Shown: in pieces, positions 10,467 to 21,104 of the stretch | How the letters are laid out: every line of letters begins with the position of its first letter | Numbering within the stretch: position 1 is the first letter of the stretch | NCBI GenBank assembly: GCA_011052215.1 | Contig: DRJK01000168.1 | Coordinates: 1 to 56,673 of the forward strand | Origin: Gammaproteobacteria bacterium | GTDB lineage: Bacteria > Pseudomonadota > Gammaproteobacteria > JAADHQ01 | Length of the DNA: 56,673 bases | Reading direction: 5' to 3' | Translations under genes and position numbers: made by a program | The notes under the pieces: generated by a model | The model's input: the letters and a program-made list of their open reading frames with translations, nothing else | Database searches by the model: none | Told to the model about the DNA's origin: nothing

Positions 10467-12002
10467 ATGACCATTATTCAACAGGAAGACTTCATTCTCA
10501 GCATTGCCGATGCCTTGCAATATATATCCTACTATCACCCGCCAGACTTTATTCAGGCCATGCATCGCGCCTGGAAACTGGAGGAATCACCTGCGGCCAG
10601 GGATGCCATCGCCCAGATCCTGGTAAACTCCCGCATGTGCGCAACCGGGCACCGGCCCATTTGCCAGGATACCGGCATTGTCACGGTTTTTCTGAAGATT
10701 GGCATGGATGTGCAATGGCAAGCCAAAATGGCTGTCAACGACATGGTCAACGAGGCGGTGCGCCGTGCCTATACGTTACCAGAAAATATACTGCGTGCCT
10801 CGATTGTCCGTGATCCCGCAGGTGAAAGGACCAATACAGGAGACAATACGCCTGCGGTCGTCCATACCGAAATCGTCACTGGTAACCAGGTTGATGTCAT
10901 TGTGGCTGCCAAGGGGGGGGGATCAGAGAACAAGGCGAAATTCTCGGTACTTAACCCAAGCGACGATATTGTTGAGTGGGTCCTGAAAACTGTACCTGCC
11001 CTGGGTGCGGGCTGGTGCCCACCAGGCACCTTGAATATCGGCATTGGCGGTACCCCGGAAAAAGCCATGCTGCTGGCCAAACGGGCGATGATGGAACCTG
11101 TTAACATCCAGGAACTGATAAAAAAAGGCCCGGCCAATACGCTTGAAACATTACGACTGGAGCTGTATGAAAAAGTAAATGCACTCGGTATCGGCGCGCA
11201 GGGACTGGGCGGGCTGACAACCGTGATGGATATCAAGATTCTTGATTACCCGACACATGCAGCATCAAAACCGATTGCGATGATACCCAACTGTGCGGCA
11301 ACGCGTCATGCACACTTCGTACTGGACGGAAGTGGTGCCGTCACACTTGCACCACCTTCTCTTGATGCCTGGCCACAGATCGACTGGGACCCGTGCCAGT
11401 CAAGACGGGTTGACCTTGACCAGCTAAAGCCCGATGACATCCTCGACTGGAAACCAGGTGAAACACTGCTGCTGAACGGCCTGCTACTGACGGGCCGGGA
11501 TGCAGCTCACAAGGAGATTACCGGTCTGGTAGAAAACGGCCAGCCCCTGCCTGAAGGACTCGATTTTCATAACCGTTTTATTTATTACGTCGGGCCGGTT
11601 GATCCCGTTGGTGATGAAGTCGTCGGGCCGGCTGGCCCCACGACGGCAACACGCATGGACAAGTTTACCGAAACCATGCTTTCCAAAACCGGGTTACTGG
11701 GCATGATAGGCAAGGCTGAAAGAGGGCCGGTCGCCATTGAAGCCATAAAAAAACACCGTTCTGTATACCTGATCGCCACTGGTGGTGCTGCCTACCTGGT
11801 TGCCAAGGCAATCCGGTCATCCAGAATTGTCGCCTTCAAGGAGCTGGGTATGGAAGCGGTTTATGAGTTTGAGGTCAAGGATATGCCTGTCACTGTTGCC
11901 GTTGACAGTACCGGTAGTTCTGTTCATCAAACAGCACCGCTGGAATGGCAAAAACGGATTGGCAAGATTGAGGTCAAGCCACCCGTGAGAGAAAATGACT
12001 GA
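10467..12002 (+). CDS. fumA: Class I (Fe-S) fumarate hydratase
   Basis: PICQDTG, KGGGSEN, GAGWCPP, GRDAAH and AGPTTATRMD motifs. Confidence 0.93.
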   Translation: MTIIQQEDFILSIADALQYISYYHPPDFIQAMHRAWKLEESPAARDAIAQILVNSRMCATGHRPICQDTGIVTVFLKIGMDVQWQAKMAVNDMVNEAVRRAYTLPENILRASIVRDPAGERTNTGDNTPAVVHTEIVTGNQVDVIVAAKGGGSENKAKFSVLNPSDDIVEWVLKTVPALGAGWCPPGTLNIGIGGTPEKAMLLAKRAMMEPVNIQELIKKGPANTLETLRLELYEKVNALGIGAQGLGGLTTVMDIKILDYPTHAASKPIAMIPNCAATRHAHFVLDGSGAVTLAPPSLDAWPQIDWDPCQSRRVDLDQLKPDDILDWKPGETLLLNGLLLTGRDAAHKEITGLVENGQPLPEGLDFHNRFIYYVGPVDPVGDEVVGPAGPTTATRMDKFTETMLSKTGLLGMIGKAERGPVAIEAIKKHRSVYLIATGGAAYLVAKAIRSSRIVAFKELGMEAVYEFEVKDMPVTVAVDSTGSSVHQTAPLEWQKRIGKIEVKPPVREND

Positions 12003-12130
12003 TCTGCACCCTGCAAAAAAAACGGCCATGTATTTTACAGAGACCATGGTTTCACTCGTATACAAGCAGCACTTCTTCTCAGCAGCCTGTACAAACCATA
12101 TTGGTCAGCCATCGGCCTAAAATATATATA

Positions 12131-12562
12131 ATGTCAACGACCTTCTGGAAAGACAAAAAACTCGATCAGCTCAGCGATGAGGAATGGGAATCCCTCTGCG
12201 ATGGCTGCGGGCGCTGTTGTCTGCACAAGCTGGAAGACACGGAGACAAATGACCTGCACTATACCAACATTGCCTGCAAGTCGCTTGACCTGAATACTTG
12301 CCGTTGCAACAATTATGAAGACCGGTTCGAAATAGTTCCGGACTGCATAACCCTGCGGCAGGACCTCTACCAGACTATAAAATGGTTACCTCGAAGCTGT
12401 GCATACAGGATACTGGCTGAAGGGAAGGAGCTGCCACAATGGCATCCACTGGTTTCATCCAGGAAAGATTCAGTTGAGCAGGCTGGTATTTCTGTCAGGA
12501 AAATTGCCATCTGTGAAGACAACGCAAAAAACTGGCAACAACATATTATTGATGACTTTTAG
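12131..12562 (+). CDS. YcgN-family cysteine cluster protein (UPF0260)
   Basis: EWESLCDGCGRCCLHKLED and WLPRSCAYR. Probable ATG at 12131. Confidence 0.9.
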   Translation: MSTTFWKDKKLDQLSDEEWESLCDGCGRCCLHKLEDTETNDLHYTNIACKSLDLNTCRCNNYEDRFEIVPDCITLRQDLYQTIKWLPRSCAYRILAEGKELPQWHPLVSSRKDSVEQAGISVRKIAICEDNAKNWQQHIIDDF

Positions 12563-12923
12563 TCTGGTCCTTGTCCCGGGATACAGTGTTGTCTGGCTGG
12601 GAGATCACTGCCTTTTCAGATAACTTGACGCGAAGCAGACGATCAAGCCCTGATATGGAAAGACGACGTGCCAGGGCCCTGTCACAATTAATAATTTCAA
12701 TCGCTGTACTATTATTTTTTTCGCGATGGAGTAACAGCAGGGTTGTAAAGATGGATGCATCCATCTTCGCGACTTCCAGCATATTAATTCGGATCAACTT
12801 GACTGTTTTGGGGACAGTATTGATCAGATCCTGCATCTGCAATGACAGGTTAATATCAAAGGCACCACCCAGTTCAAAGTTAAATACACTTCCATCCACA
12901 GAAAGTGTTGTTCTTATCGACAT
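12546..12923 (-). CDS. STAS-domain protein (anti-sigma-antagonist-like)
   Basis: 125 aa with LGGAFD, INMLEVAKMDAS and ISGLDRLL, a STAS-like pattern. Confidence 0.65.
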   Translation of the reverse strand: MSIRTTLSVDGSVFNFELGGAFDINLSLQMQDLINTVPKTVKLIRINMLEVAKMDASIFTTLLLLHREKNNSTAIEIINCDRALARRLSISGLDRLLRVKLSEKAVISQPDNTVSRDKDQTKSHQ

Positions 12924-13066
12924 CCGATCTCCCTCGAATTACAGCCGGCTATTCCCATAGTCTCCATGAAACCTGGAATTTAATTATTTGAAAAGTTAAG
13001 TATAGTCTACTAAAAATTAATATCCATGCCTATATCGTTAATTGAAATTAACAACTGTCTTCAAAT

Positions 13067-13095
13067 AAAAAAAGGGTCTCATAGAGACCCTTTTT
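13067..13095 (-). terminator. Intrinsic terminator, potentially bidirectional
   Basis: AAAAAGGGTCTC-ATA-GAGACCCTTTTT just downstream of the LysM gene. Confidence 0.85.
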
Positions 13096-13113
13096 ATTAA
13101 TGCCGGCTAGCGG

Positions 13114-13740
13114 CTATTTTGCCAGATATGCCTTGTCAGATTCCTCTGTAATACCAATACTCCATGCACCGCGTGTTTTGGCATGGCTGACTGCCGAACT
13201 GATTTCTGCATCACTCGGGCTGGTGTTGATATCAAACTCCTGTCCGGGGAAGATCAGGTCAGCATCCTTGATCTTGTCACTGTTGGCCTTGTAAATCAGT
13301 GGCCACTGGTATGGATTACCATATACATCTCCCTTGCCGGCAATACCCCACAGGCTATCACCCCTCATGACCGAATAGGAACCGGTAGTGTCCTCAGTCG
13401 TTGGGAGACTACGATCAATACTTTGCTCAAGGTAATACTGTTTGACGGCCATTTCGCCCTGTGAGCGCGCCTTGTTGGCCAGTTTAATCGCCTTGCCCTC
13501 GTTCCCTTTTTTGGCCGCCTTTTCTGCCTTTTTGATCATTTTTCCAGAATCACGCCACACATAACCCAGAGATTTGGCCTTTTTGATGGCCGCCTTGGCA
13601 TTGGCAATCGCTATGGATGCTGCACTGGGTCCTGTATTTGCCGTGGTTTCTTCCTGTTTTTGCTGGCTGGCACAACCTGTGGCCAGGCTCGCAGTTAATA
13701 ATATAATACTTAACTGTTTGATTTTATTATTTAATTTCAT
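13114..13740 (-). CDS. Lipoprotein with a SoxK/SoxAX-binding-like helical domain and a C-terminal LysM domain
   Basis: Lipobox LATGC, then AKSLGYVWRDSGKMIKKAEKAAKKG, then LysM YSVMRGDSLWGIA...DADLIFPGQ. Confidence 0.8.
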   Translation of the reverse strand: MKLNNKIKQLSIILLTASLATGCASQQKQEETTANTGPSAASIAIANAKAAIKKAKSLGYVWRDSGKMIKKAEKAAKKGNEGKAIKLANKARSQGEMAVKQYYLEQSIDRSLPTTEDTTGSYSVMRGDSLWGIAGKGDVYGNPYQWPLIYKANSDKIKDADLIFPGQEFDINTSPSDAEISSAVSHAKTRGAWSIGITEESDKAYLAK

Positions 13741-14092
13741 CGTTCTCAGACTCCAGAAACTTCAAGTTTAATAATTGGATTCATTCATTTTCGCAGTATT
13801 TTTTCAGTTTTTCCAGAAAAAAAATACTGTCTGGAATTATTGTCCCTATAACAAAATATTCTTTATCTAATAAACAGTTACAGAATTTTTATGCCTCTTT
13901 GTAGTAAACACCCTACCTATAATGGTGTCAAGCAAAAAACCTGATTAATCTCACATTACCAAAATTAAATTGACCATCCGGAAACCTGTCTGAAATGCAC
14001 AAAAGATTATCATCACCGTGAAGCCGAATTGAAGGTCCTGTATGTCCCTGATAGCCCTTGACCCTGATATTCCAGCTTTTCATTTGCCTGCC

Positions 14093-14866
14093 TCATGAGA
14101 AGAAATTGATCGAACCACCACCGGACTTTTTTGCCAGATACATGGCCAGGTCGGCTTCTTTTATGGAAATTTGTGCGCCTTGTCTTTTGCCTCCAATCAT
14201 ACGTACGCCAATACTGCATCCTACATTCAGGTCCTTATTCTGGATCTGAAACGGGACATTGATATTTTCCTGAATTTTTTCTGCAACCATTTCAGCAAAT
14301 CTGCGCGCTATATGCTCATCCTCACTCAGCTGTAGCAGGACGATAATAAACTCATCTCCACCGGTACGACTGACCAGATCTTCAGCACGAACACCGGCCT
14401 TGAGTCGTTCAGCCACCTCAATCAATAACCGGTCTCCGATATCGTGACCATATGTATCATTTACGGTCTTGAATCCATCCAGGTCAATGACCATGATGGC
14501 ACCATAGGTATGGTGACGTTCACTACTGGCCAGACCTTTTTCCAGGTATTCAGACAGCAGTCGGCGATTGGGGAGTTGCGTTAGTGGATCATGTTGTGCC
14601 ATGTGCGAGAGCTTCATCACGGCCTCGTCACGTTGTGATAAAAACGGCTTCGCGACAAATTTAAAGATCAACGGCGTGGTAAACAACACCAGCAATGATG
14701 CATCCAGCACCGCCTCGGCAAAGAAAGGGAATTCATAAGGGCTCCAGGAGATAATTATCATCACCACCAATTCAACCACAGCGATAATCAAGGCAATACG
14801 GGGGATGATCCAGCACTGGCGGAGCAGGGTAGTGGTAACCGGCTGTTTGTCATGGAGATTGCTCAT
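14093..14866 (-). CDS. Membrane-bound diguanylate cyclase (2 TM + GGDEF)
   Basis: HDPLTQLPNRR, DLDGFKTVNDTYGH and intact GGDEF. The I-site RxxD (RAED) is present. Confidence 0.92.
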   Translation of the reverse strand: MSNLHDKQPVTTTLLRQCWIIPRIALIIAVVELVVMIIISWSPYEFPFFAEAVLDASLLVLFTTPLIFKFVAKPFLSQRDEAVMKLSHMAQHDPLTQLPNRRLLSEYLEKGLASSERHHTYGAIMVIDLDGFKTVNDTYGHDIGDRLLIEVAERLKAGVRAEDLVSRTGGDEFIIVLLQLSEDEHIARRFAEMVAEKIQENINVPFQIQNKDLNVGCSIGVRMIGGKRQGAQISIKEADLAMYLAKKSGGGSINFFS

Positions 14867-15172
14867 AGTATTACAAATAATTGATATACAGGTAATATTG
14901 GCAAAAACAGGCTTTTCTGTACCTGAAAAATCCTGAGATTCTTTCTATCCATTTGTTTTGTCATGATTTTTTGACAACATATCATCGTGATGGTTCAGAA
15001 ACTGACAAACTGTTCACTCCTTCAGGGAAGGTGTGTCATTGATATTCGATCAGGCCGGGTAAAGCCTGACGGGAGCCAACCACCATCCCCCGGGGACAAA
15101 CCGGCCGCGTGGATAACATGCTTGAACCGGAGACAGGGCCGATCACATCACTGCTTTATTACTTGCAGCCAT

Positions 15173-15219
15173 AAAAAAGGCCGGCAACGGATCATCCATA
15201 ATCGCTGTCACCGGCCTTT
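15173..15219 (-). terminator. Intrinsic terminator of the cheW-mcp unit
   Basis: Minus strand reads GGCCGGTGAC...GTTGCCGGCC followed by T6. Confidence 0.65.
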
Positions 15220-15261
15220 CAGTTTAATGCAGACCATCCATGGTCTTATAATTGGCTTCCC

Positions 15262-17346
15262 TTAGAACTCGTCCCACTCACCGTCATCGGTCCCTGTCTT
15301 TGCCATCGGCGCAGGTCTGGCTTCGGCCTTTGGGGCCGTTTTGGTATTATTTGTTAAAACCGGTGGCTCGGAAACTGAACGCGCACTGGCTGACTCGACA
15401 TGGGAACCTGCACCACCACCGACCTTGAAGAAGGAGATCGTCTTGCTCAATCCCTTTGACTGATCGAGCATGGATGCGCTGGCTGCGGCGGCCTCTTCAA
15501 CCAATGCCGCATTCTGCTGTGTCATCTCATCCATTTGCATAATGGCCTTGTTGACCTGCTCAATGCCTGATGCCTGCTCCTGGCTTGATGCCGCAATCTC
15601 GGCAACGATATCGGTCACCTTCTTGATACCATTAACAATCTCTTCCAGGGTCTGGCCGGATTCATTTACCAGTTCAGTCCCGATCTTGACCTTGTCAACA
15701 CTGTCGTTGATCAGATCCTTGATTTCCTTGGCGGCTTCCGAGCTGCGTCCTGCCAGGCTGCGTACCTCGGTGGCCACGACCGCGAATCCACGGCCCTGTT
15801 CACCGGCACGGGCGGCCTCAACCGCAGCGTTCAGAGCCAACAGGTTTGTCTGGAAGGCAATCTCTTCAACCACGCTGATGATGTCGGCAATCTTCTTGCT
15901 GGACGCGTTGATCTCACCCATCGCTTCTATCGCCTTGCTGACAACCTCACCACCCTTACTGGCCTGGTCATTGGCGCTGACGGCCAACTGGCTGGCCTGG
16001 TTGGCATTATCGGCATTCTGTTTAACCGTTGATGTCATTTCTTCCATACTGGAAGCGGTTTCCTCCAGACTCGATGCCTGCTCTTCAGTCCGCTGGCTCA
16101 GATCCATATTGCCACGGGCAATCTCTTCGGAACCGGAGTTAATCGCGTCAGTGCCATTACGCACCTGGCCGACGATACCCGACAGACTCTCTGCCACACT
16201 GTTCATGTCTACCAACATGCGGCCCAGCTCATCTCTGGAATTAACCTCATAGCGGTTGGTCAGGTCGCCTTCGGCGATCTCTTTCAGGCCCGCTGCTGCA
16301 ATCGCAACAGGTCTGGTGATCATGCGTATCACAAAAAAGGCAACGAACAAGGCAATCAGTACTGCGACAACACCCAGCACCAACATAAAGTTTTCCAGGT
16401 CATGGCCTTTTTTTACGGCCAGGGCAATATCGGTATCCGCCAGTCCTTGCTGGTTCTTGATCATGGCAGTGAGTGATTTAATCAGCTTGCCTGCGTGCGG
16501 TGCGGCCTTGGTACCCAACCACAGATTGGCCAGGTTCCAGCCCTTTGAGCCACGGATTTCAAACATCTTCGGTGGCAGGCCCTTGAACTCGTCACGTGCC
16601 TTGCTGAACCTGCTAAACGCTGCTGCCTGCTTTGGCGTCAACAACTTTTTGTTCTTCTGCAGGTCGGCATAGCGTCTGATGTTCTTGCTCCAGAACTTAT
16701 TGAAGCCATCGCTGAATTTCTTGTCGCCTGTCAGCAAAAAGGCGCGGATATTGGCCAGTGACAGGCCGGTGGTACCGCGAACATCGGCCATCATACCCAG
16801 CAGCGCCTTGCGTGCCGGTGTGGCGGGCAGTTTGGTCTCCATATTAATAATATTGGTGATCTCGGTAACCATGACCTTTGCCCTGGGGGCCGCTTCCTGG
16901 ACGAGTATTTTGGTAGCCGGGGTGTCATCAATCGTACCGCTGATGGCTTCGATCTCACTTTGTGCCTTGGCAAACTCTTTCAGGGTACCTGCCATTGCAT
17001 TCAGTTTTTCGACATTGGCGGAGTTGGTCCAGTTCCTGGAAAACTTGATCATCCTGCTATAGGAGTCATTGATTTCTTCCCAGGCCGCCTGGCGCTCTTT
17101 TTTGAATTTATCTGCCCCCAGAATCATATAACCGCGTAAACCAGCCAGAGACTGGTTGATGCCATTGAGCATATGATTGGATGCCAGTATTGTAGGTGTG
17201 CGCAGTTCAAACACACGGGTATTAATAACCTGGCTTGAGTTGATACGACTATACGCCATGGTGACAGTTACCACTATAATAATGGCCATAATGGCAAAAC
17301 CACCACCGATCTTTTTACCTATACCTAGATTTATCAGCCATTTCAT
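15262..17346 (-). CDS. Methyl-accepting chemotaxis protein (tandem 4-helix sensor, HAMP, signalling domain, C-terminal pentapeptide)
   Basis: [30 protein letters not shown] hairpin tip and C-terminal EWDEF. Start placed at MKWL behind an AGGAG RBS. Confidence 0.95.
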   Translation of the reverse strand: MKWLINLGIGKKIGGGFAIMAIIIVVTVTMAYSRINSSQVINTRVFELRTPTILASNHMLNGINQSLAGLRGYMILGADKFKKERQAAWEEINDSYSRMIKFSRNWTNSANVEKLNAMAGTLKEFAKAQSEIEAISGTIDDTPATKILVQEAAPRAKVMVTEITNIINMETKLPATPARKALLGMMADVRGTTGLSLANIRAFLLTGDKKFSDGFNKFWSKNIRRYADLQKNKKLLTPKQAAAFSRFSKARDEFKGLPPKMFEIRGSKGWNLANLWLGTKAAPHAGKLIKSLTAMIKNQQGLADTDIALAVKKGHDLENFMLVLGVVAVLIALFVAFFVIRMITRPVAIAAAGLKEIAEGDLTNRYEVNSRDELGRMLVDMNSVAESLSGIVGQVRNGTDAINSGSEEIARGNMDLSQRTEEQASSLEETASSMEEMTSTVKQNADNANQASQLAVSANDQASKGGEVVSKAIEAMGEINASSKKIADIISVVEEIAFQTNLLALNAAVEAARAGEQGRGFAVVATEVRSLAGRSSEAAKEIKDLINDSVDKVKIGTELVNESGQTLEEIVNGIKKVTDIVAEIAASSQEQASGIEQVNKAIMQMDEMTQQNAALVEEAAAASASMLDQSKGLSKTISFFKVGGGAGSHVESASARSVSEPPVLTNNTKTAPKAEARPAPMAKTGTDDGEWDEF

Positions 17347-17429
17347 AACGGCAATCTCCTTTTTTCTTGCTTGTTCAGTCAAAAAATAAATATTTTATAA
17401 AACATCCCGGATCTTCTGTCTTTAATTCG

Positions 17430-17990
17430 CTATTCTGAAGTATCACCGTCTGCATTTTCCGATGCTGCCTGTGGCATGATTTCATCCACCTTCAGCAAAA
17501 GATCGACATCCATCAACATGACCATCTCATCATTGATCGTAGCCAGGCCATTGAGAAATTCAGTTTCTATCCCGTTACCAAAATCAGGGGTTGGCTTGAT
17601 TTCCTTCACATCAACATTCATGACATCGGAAACGGCATCGACAACAATACCCACCAGGGAATAATCACCTTTGTTATTTTTAACAGACAGGACAATCACG
17701 ACTGTTGTCGGTGTGTAATCGATTTGTTCCAGCTTGAAGCGGGCGCGCATGTCGATAATCGGCACAACCGTTCCTCGCAGGTTCAGCACACCACGTACAT
17801 ACTCCGGTGTATTTGGAATATTGGTCAGTTCTGTCCAACCCTTGATTTCCTGTACCCTGAGTATATCCACGCCATAGGTTTCGCCATTAAGCCTGAATGT
17901 CAGATACTGATTGCTGTCACTATTTTCAATGTCCATGGACATGACATCATGCCCGCCTGTCTCTGCCAGTGCTGTGTTCGTAGAAGCCAT
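17430..17990 (-). CDS. cheW: Chemotaxis coupling protein CheW
   Basis: QYLTFRL, YGVDILRVQEI, GVLNLRGTVVPIID and GIVVDAVSDV. Start placed at MASTN behind GGAG. Confidence 0.95.
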   Translation of the reverse strand: MASTNTALAETGGHDVMSMDIENSDSNQYLTFRLNGETYGVDILRVQEIKGWTELTNIPNTPEYVRGVLNLRGTVVPIIDMRARFKLEQIDYTPTTVVIVLSVKNNKGDYSLVGIVVDAVSDVMNVDVKEIKPTPDFGNGIETEFLNGLATINDEMVMLMDVDLLLKVDEIMPQAASENADGDTSE

Positions 17991-18069
17991 TTGTTGTTTC
18001 TCCACTGCTTGTTCCGGTACGTTGTTTGTTGCAGAATGAAACCCACTTGAATCCTGCATAGCAAACAAG

Positions 18070-18096
18070 TAATCGACGTTAGTATAGAAAACTTAA
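18070..18096 (-). promoter_or_regulatory. Sigma28 (FliA)-type promoter for cheW-mcp
   Basis: TTAAGTTT-N11-GTCGATTA against the consensus TAAAGTTT-N11-GCCGATAA. Confidence 0.7.
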
Positions 18097-18389
18097 GTGG
18101 CTATCTAAGTTATTATGAAAAAATATTCATGATAGTGAGAATATCTGATAATTATAAATTGAATCAGGTATTTATACTGCAATAGTCCAGGTATGGTAAT
18201 TATTTTTACCCTTTTTTATGAGTGGATGATTGGAACCCTTACTGCATTATAGGATGATGCCTGATGACATCTTGGCACCCCTCGCCCAGAAAGGATCAGG
18301 GGTGAATAAACAGGATATTGTCATTCCTGCCCTGTCCACGGGATTGTTATAAAAAAAGGCTCACCATCGATAAATGCAAGTAATCCGTT

Positions 18390-19055
18390 TTACTTTTGCC
18401 TGACATACATCAGATAGTAAACCATTAAAACAGCATACCAGTTGATTAGCAGTGACATCAGATCATGACTTAAAAAATGTGCCCCACGGCTCTGCTGGGT
18501 AAGACCAAAAAGCAGCCCCAGCAGCAACCCAAAGGCCAGGCCATAAAACCGGTATTTTGGCCGGTATTCCCTCAACAGAAAATAAAGACTGATGAATGCA
18601 AATCCCGCCGATGCGTGCCCGGCCGGGAAGGCATGACCCACGGTTGCCCCCGCTGGCACGGTATCAAGAATACGGATATAGGCCTTGCTGCCGCCAAACA
18701 TTATCAGGTCCCAGGGTGAGTAGATATGGATCAGGTTTTTTCCGATGCCCACAAGGAGAGGCCCGGACAGGCTTGCAATACAAAAATAGGCCGCGGCCTT
18801 TCGATAGGGTTTCAGTTTTTCAATAAAACAGGACAGGATAATTAAAAAAATAACCAGCAAGACAATTCCGACTACAACCCGACGTGCGCCGGTATGAAGG
18901 ATTTCACTGGTCAACCAGTGATCCTTCCAGGGCCATTGCCTTAATTCCGCATTATAGAAAAATGATTCCAGCCAGACATCAAGGCCGGTGTATTCCACCA
19001 CGATGATCAGCAGCAACAACAGGAGCGGGTAGAGCAGGTGTTTTTTCAGGGGCAT
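18390..19055 (-). CDS. PAP2-family membrane phosphatase
   Basis: K...SPWD, FPAGHAS and QSRGAHFLSHD motifs with several TM helices. Confidence 0.88.
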   Translation of the reverse strand: MPLKKHLLYPLLLLLLIIVVEYTGLDVWLESFFYNAELRQWPWKDHWLTSEILHTGARRVVVGIVLLVIFLIILSCFIEKLKPYRKAAAYFCIASLSGPLLVGIGKNLIHIYSPWDLIMFGGSKAYIRILDTVPAGATVGHAFPAGHASAGFAFISLYFLLREYRPKYRFYGLAFGLLLGLLFGLTQQSRGAHFLSHDLMSLLINWYAVLMVYYLMYVRQK

Positions 19056-19081
19056 AAACCGGATAATTTATCATTCATAAC

Positions 19082-19118
19082 AAAAAAGTGCATCACTGAT
19101 AATAATACAGTGATGCAC
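19082..19118 (-). terminator. Intrinsic terminator after the Aer-like gene
   Basis: Perfect 11-bp stem GTGCATCACTG/CAGTGATGCAC with T6 on the minus strand. Confidence 0.75.
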
Positions 19119-19206
19119 CCCGGGTTTACCAGAGACCTCGCTCAATTTATCTCAATATTTTATTTCGATCTCACCCCTGTCTCATTCTCTGCAATAATCC
19201 TGGTTT

Positions 19207-20736
19207 CTAGCCCTCTTCCCTCTTGAACTGCTCACCCAGACCGGAAAGCAGCTTGACCTTTTCTGCCATCAGCCCGCTTGCAGAGGCCGCCTCTTCAACC
19301 ATTGCCGCATTCTGCTGTGTCAATTCATCTATCTGCATAACCGATTTATTGACCTGCTCAATACCTGTCGCAAGCTCCTGACTGGAGTTTGCCATTGCCG
19401 ATACGATACCGGTCACTTTTTGCACGCCGTTAACGATGTCATCGAGCGACTCACCCGACTTTTCCACCAGGGCAGCGCCACGTTCAACATTGGCCACACT
19501 CTCATTAATCAGACCTGCAATTTCCTTGGCCGATTCGGCACTGCGTCCCGCCAGGTTACGCACCTCGGCTGCCACCACGGCAAAACCACGACCCTGTTCA
19601 CCGGCACGCGCGGCCTCGACCGCTGCATTGAGTGCCAGCAGGTTGGTCTGAAAGGCAATTTCATCGATAACACCGATAATTGCAGCAATCTTTTTGCTGC
19701 TGGTGTTGATCTCTCCCATGGCATCGATGGCCCTGGTGACCACCGCCCCGCTTTCCTCGGCATGTTTAAAGGTTGTTTGCGCCAATTCGTCGGCCTGGTG
19801 TGCATTTGCGGCGCTCTGTTTCACCGTGGATGACATTTCTTCCATGCTGGCCGCGGTCTCTTGCAGGCTGGAGGCCTGCTCTTCGGTACGCTGCGACAGA
19901 TCCATATTGCCATTTGCTATTTCTGTCGATGTTTTTTCAAGCACCTCGGCGGATTCCTTGACACGCACAATTGCAGTACGCTGTCTTTCAATATTATAGG
20001 TCAGCGCATATTCAAGCTGCCCCAGCTCATCTGTCCTGCCTGTGTAGATAAACTGTGCCAGGGGATCATCGGCCATCTTGTGACATTCTGCCGACAAGTG
20101 GCGCAAATGTGCCAAGGCAGAATAAACCAGCAAACTGCCGACCACTCCACCAACCACCATTGCAATACCTGCCCCCACCAGGGAAAGTTGACCGCCAACC
20201 GCAAGACTGCCCAGTGTTACAGCCAGTATTCCTGCAAACAGGGCCATCATTTTAGTGGTAAAGGAGAACGGGAAACGGCTCAGCGTAACCTTGTCCATTT
20301 TTGAACGGCGCTTGTCATCATCCGACTTGCCGGCCATGATTTTTGCATATAATTTGTCTGCACGTTTCACCCATTCGACCCTGGGTTTTACCCGCACAGA
20401 CTGGTAACTGGTAACATTGCCACCTTCATAACGCGGGCTGGCATAGGCATTGACCCAGTAGTGGTCGCCATTCTTGCTACGGTTTTTCACCAGGCCCATC
20501 CAGGGCTTGCCTGCCTTCAGGTTATCCCATAACATATTAAAGGCCTCGGGTGGCATATCCGGATGGCGAATAATATTGTGGTTCTTGCCCTCCAGTTCTT
20601 CCCAGCTGTAACCACTCAAATGAATAAAATCATGATTGGCTGAAGTTATAATGCCTTTCATATCGGTAATGGACGTGATTTCAATCCCATCACTGTAATC
20701 AATTTCCCTGCCTGTGACCGGCCTGTTTATCTTCAT
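19207..20736 (-). CDS. aer: Aer-like PAS-domain chemoreceptor (aerotaxis/energy taxis)
   Basis: [11 protein letters not shown] start, [20 protein letters not shown] and [17 protein letters not shown] motifs, a hydrophobic anchor and an MCP signalling domain. Confidence 0.9.
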   Translation of the reverse strand: MKINRPVTGREIDYSDGIEITSITDMKGIITSANHDFIHLSGYSWEELEGKNHNIIRHPDMPPEAFNMLWDNLKAGKPWMGLVKNRSKNGDHYWVNAYASPRYEGGNVTSYQSVRVKPRVEWVKRADKLYAKIMAGKSDDDKRRSKMDKVTLSRFPFSFTTKMMALFAGILAVTLGSLAVGGQLSLVGAGIAMVVGGVVGSLLVYSALAHLRHLSAECHKMADDPLAQFIYTGRTDELGQLEYALTYNIERQRTAIVRVKESAEVLEKTSTEIANGNMDLSQRTEEQASSLQETAASMEEMSSTVKQSAANAHQADELAQTTFKHAEESGAVVTRAIDAMGEINTSSKKIAAIIGVIDEIAFQTNLLALNAAVEAARAGEQGRGFAVVAAEVRNLAGRSAESAKEIAGLINESVANVERGAALVEKSGESLDDIVNGVQKVTGIVSAMANSSQELATGIEQVNKSVMQIDELTQQNAAMVEEAASASGLMAEKVKLLSGLGEQFKREEG

Positions 20737-20938
20737 GTTCAAAACCCCTGCATGTTTCAAGTTAACTGCAAAACCACTGCCTGTATTTATTTTGATTACT
20801 GATACATCCACACAATAATCATCATATGCATTGGCCACTTTCTGGATACCCGCACTGGAAAATACCACTGGATTTATTACCGTGCTTTCAGATGCACATA
20901 GCGTTGTCATGGAGAAACAAATGTCAATAACCTGATTG

Positions 20939-20965
20939 TTGACGGCTACCGGTAAATTTACTTAA
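20939..20965 (-). promoter_or_regulatory. Sigma28-type promoter for aer
   Basis: TTAAGTAA-N11-GCCGTCAA on the minus strand. Confidence 0.5.
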
Positions 20966-21104
20966 TAAAAATAATTGTTTTATAGCTGTTTTTAACAATG
21001 GTTATCAAAACTGAATCTTATACAGTTAAAAATAAACACAGGATCGGACTATGTCCGAGAAGAATGGTTATTATGTTGCCGGGTAAAATAATATTTTTTC
21101 ATTG

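Noticed and set aside
13794-13829. CAGTATTTTTT/AAAAAATACTG inverted repeat upstream of the LysM gene
   Set aside because: It is low-complexity A/T sequence and no regulator can be assigned.
14940-15170. Possible c-di-GMP riboswitch or sRNA between the MCP and GGDEF genes
   Set aside because: I could not find the GEMM-I core (GCAAA plus GNRA tetraloop and receptor) or any other recognisable motif. An Rfam scan would settle it.
15470-17062. Long + strand ORFs (260, 138 and 127 aa)
   Set aside because: They are antisense shadows of the MCP gene with no recognisable motifs.
20737-20910. 58-aa N-terminal extension of Aer in the ORF track
   Set aside because: Aer homology begins at MKINRPVT, so the upstream stretch is more likely 5' UTR.
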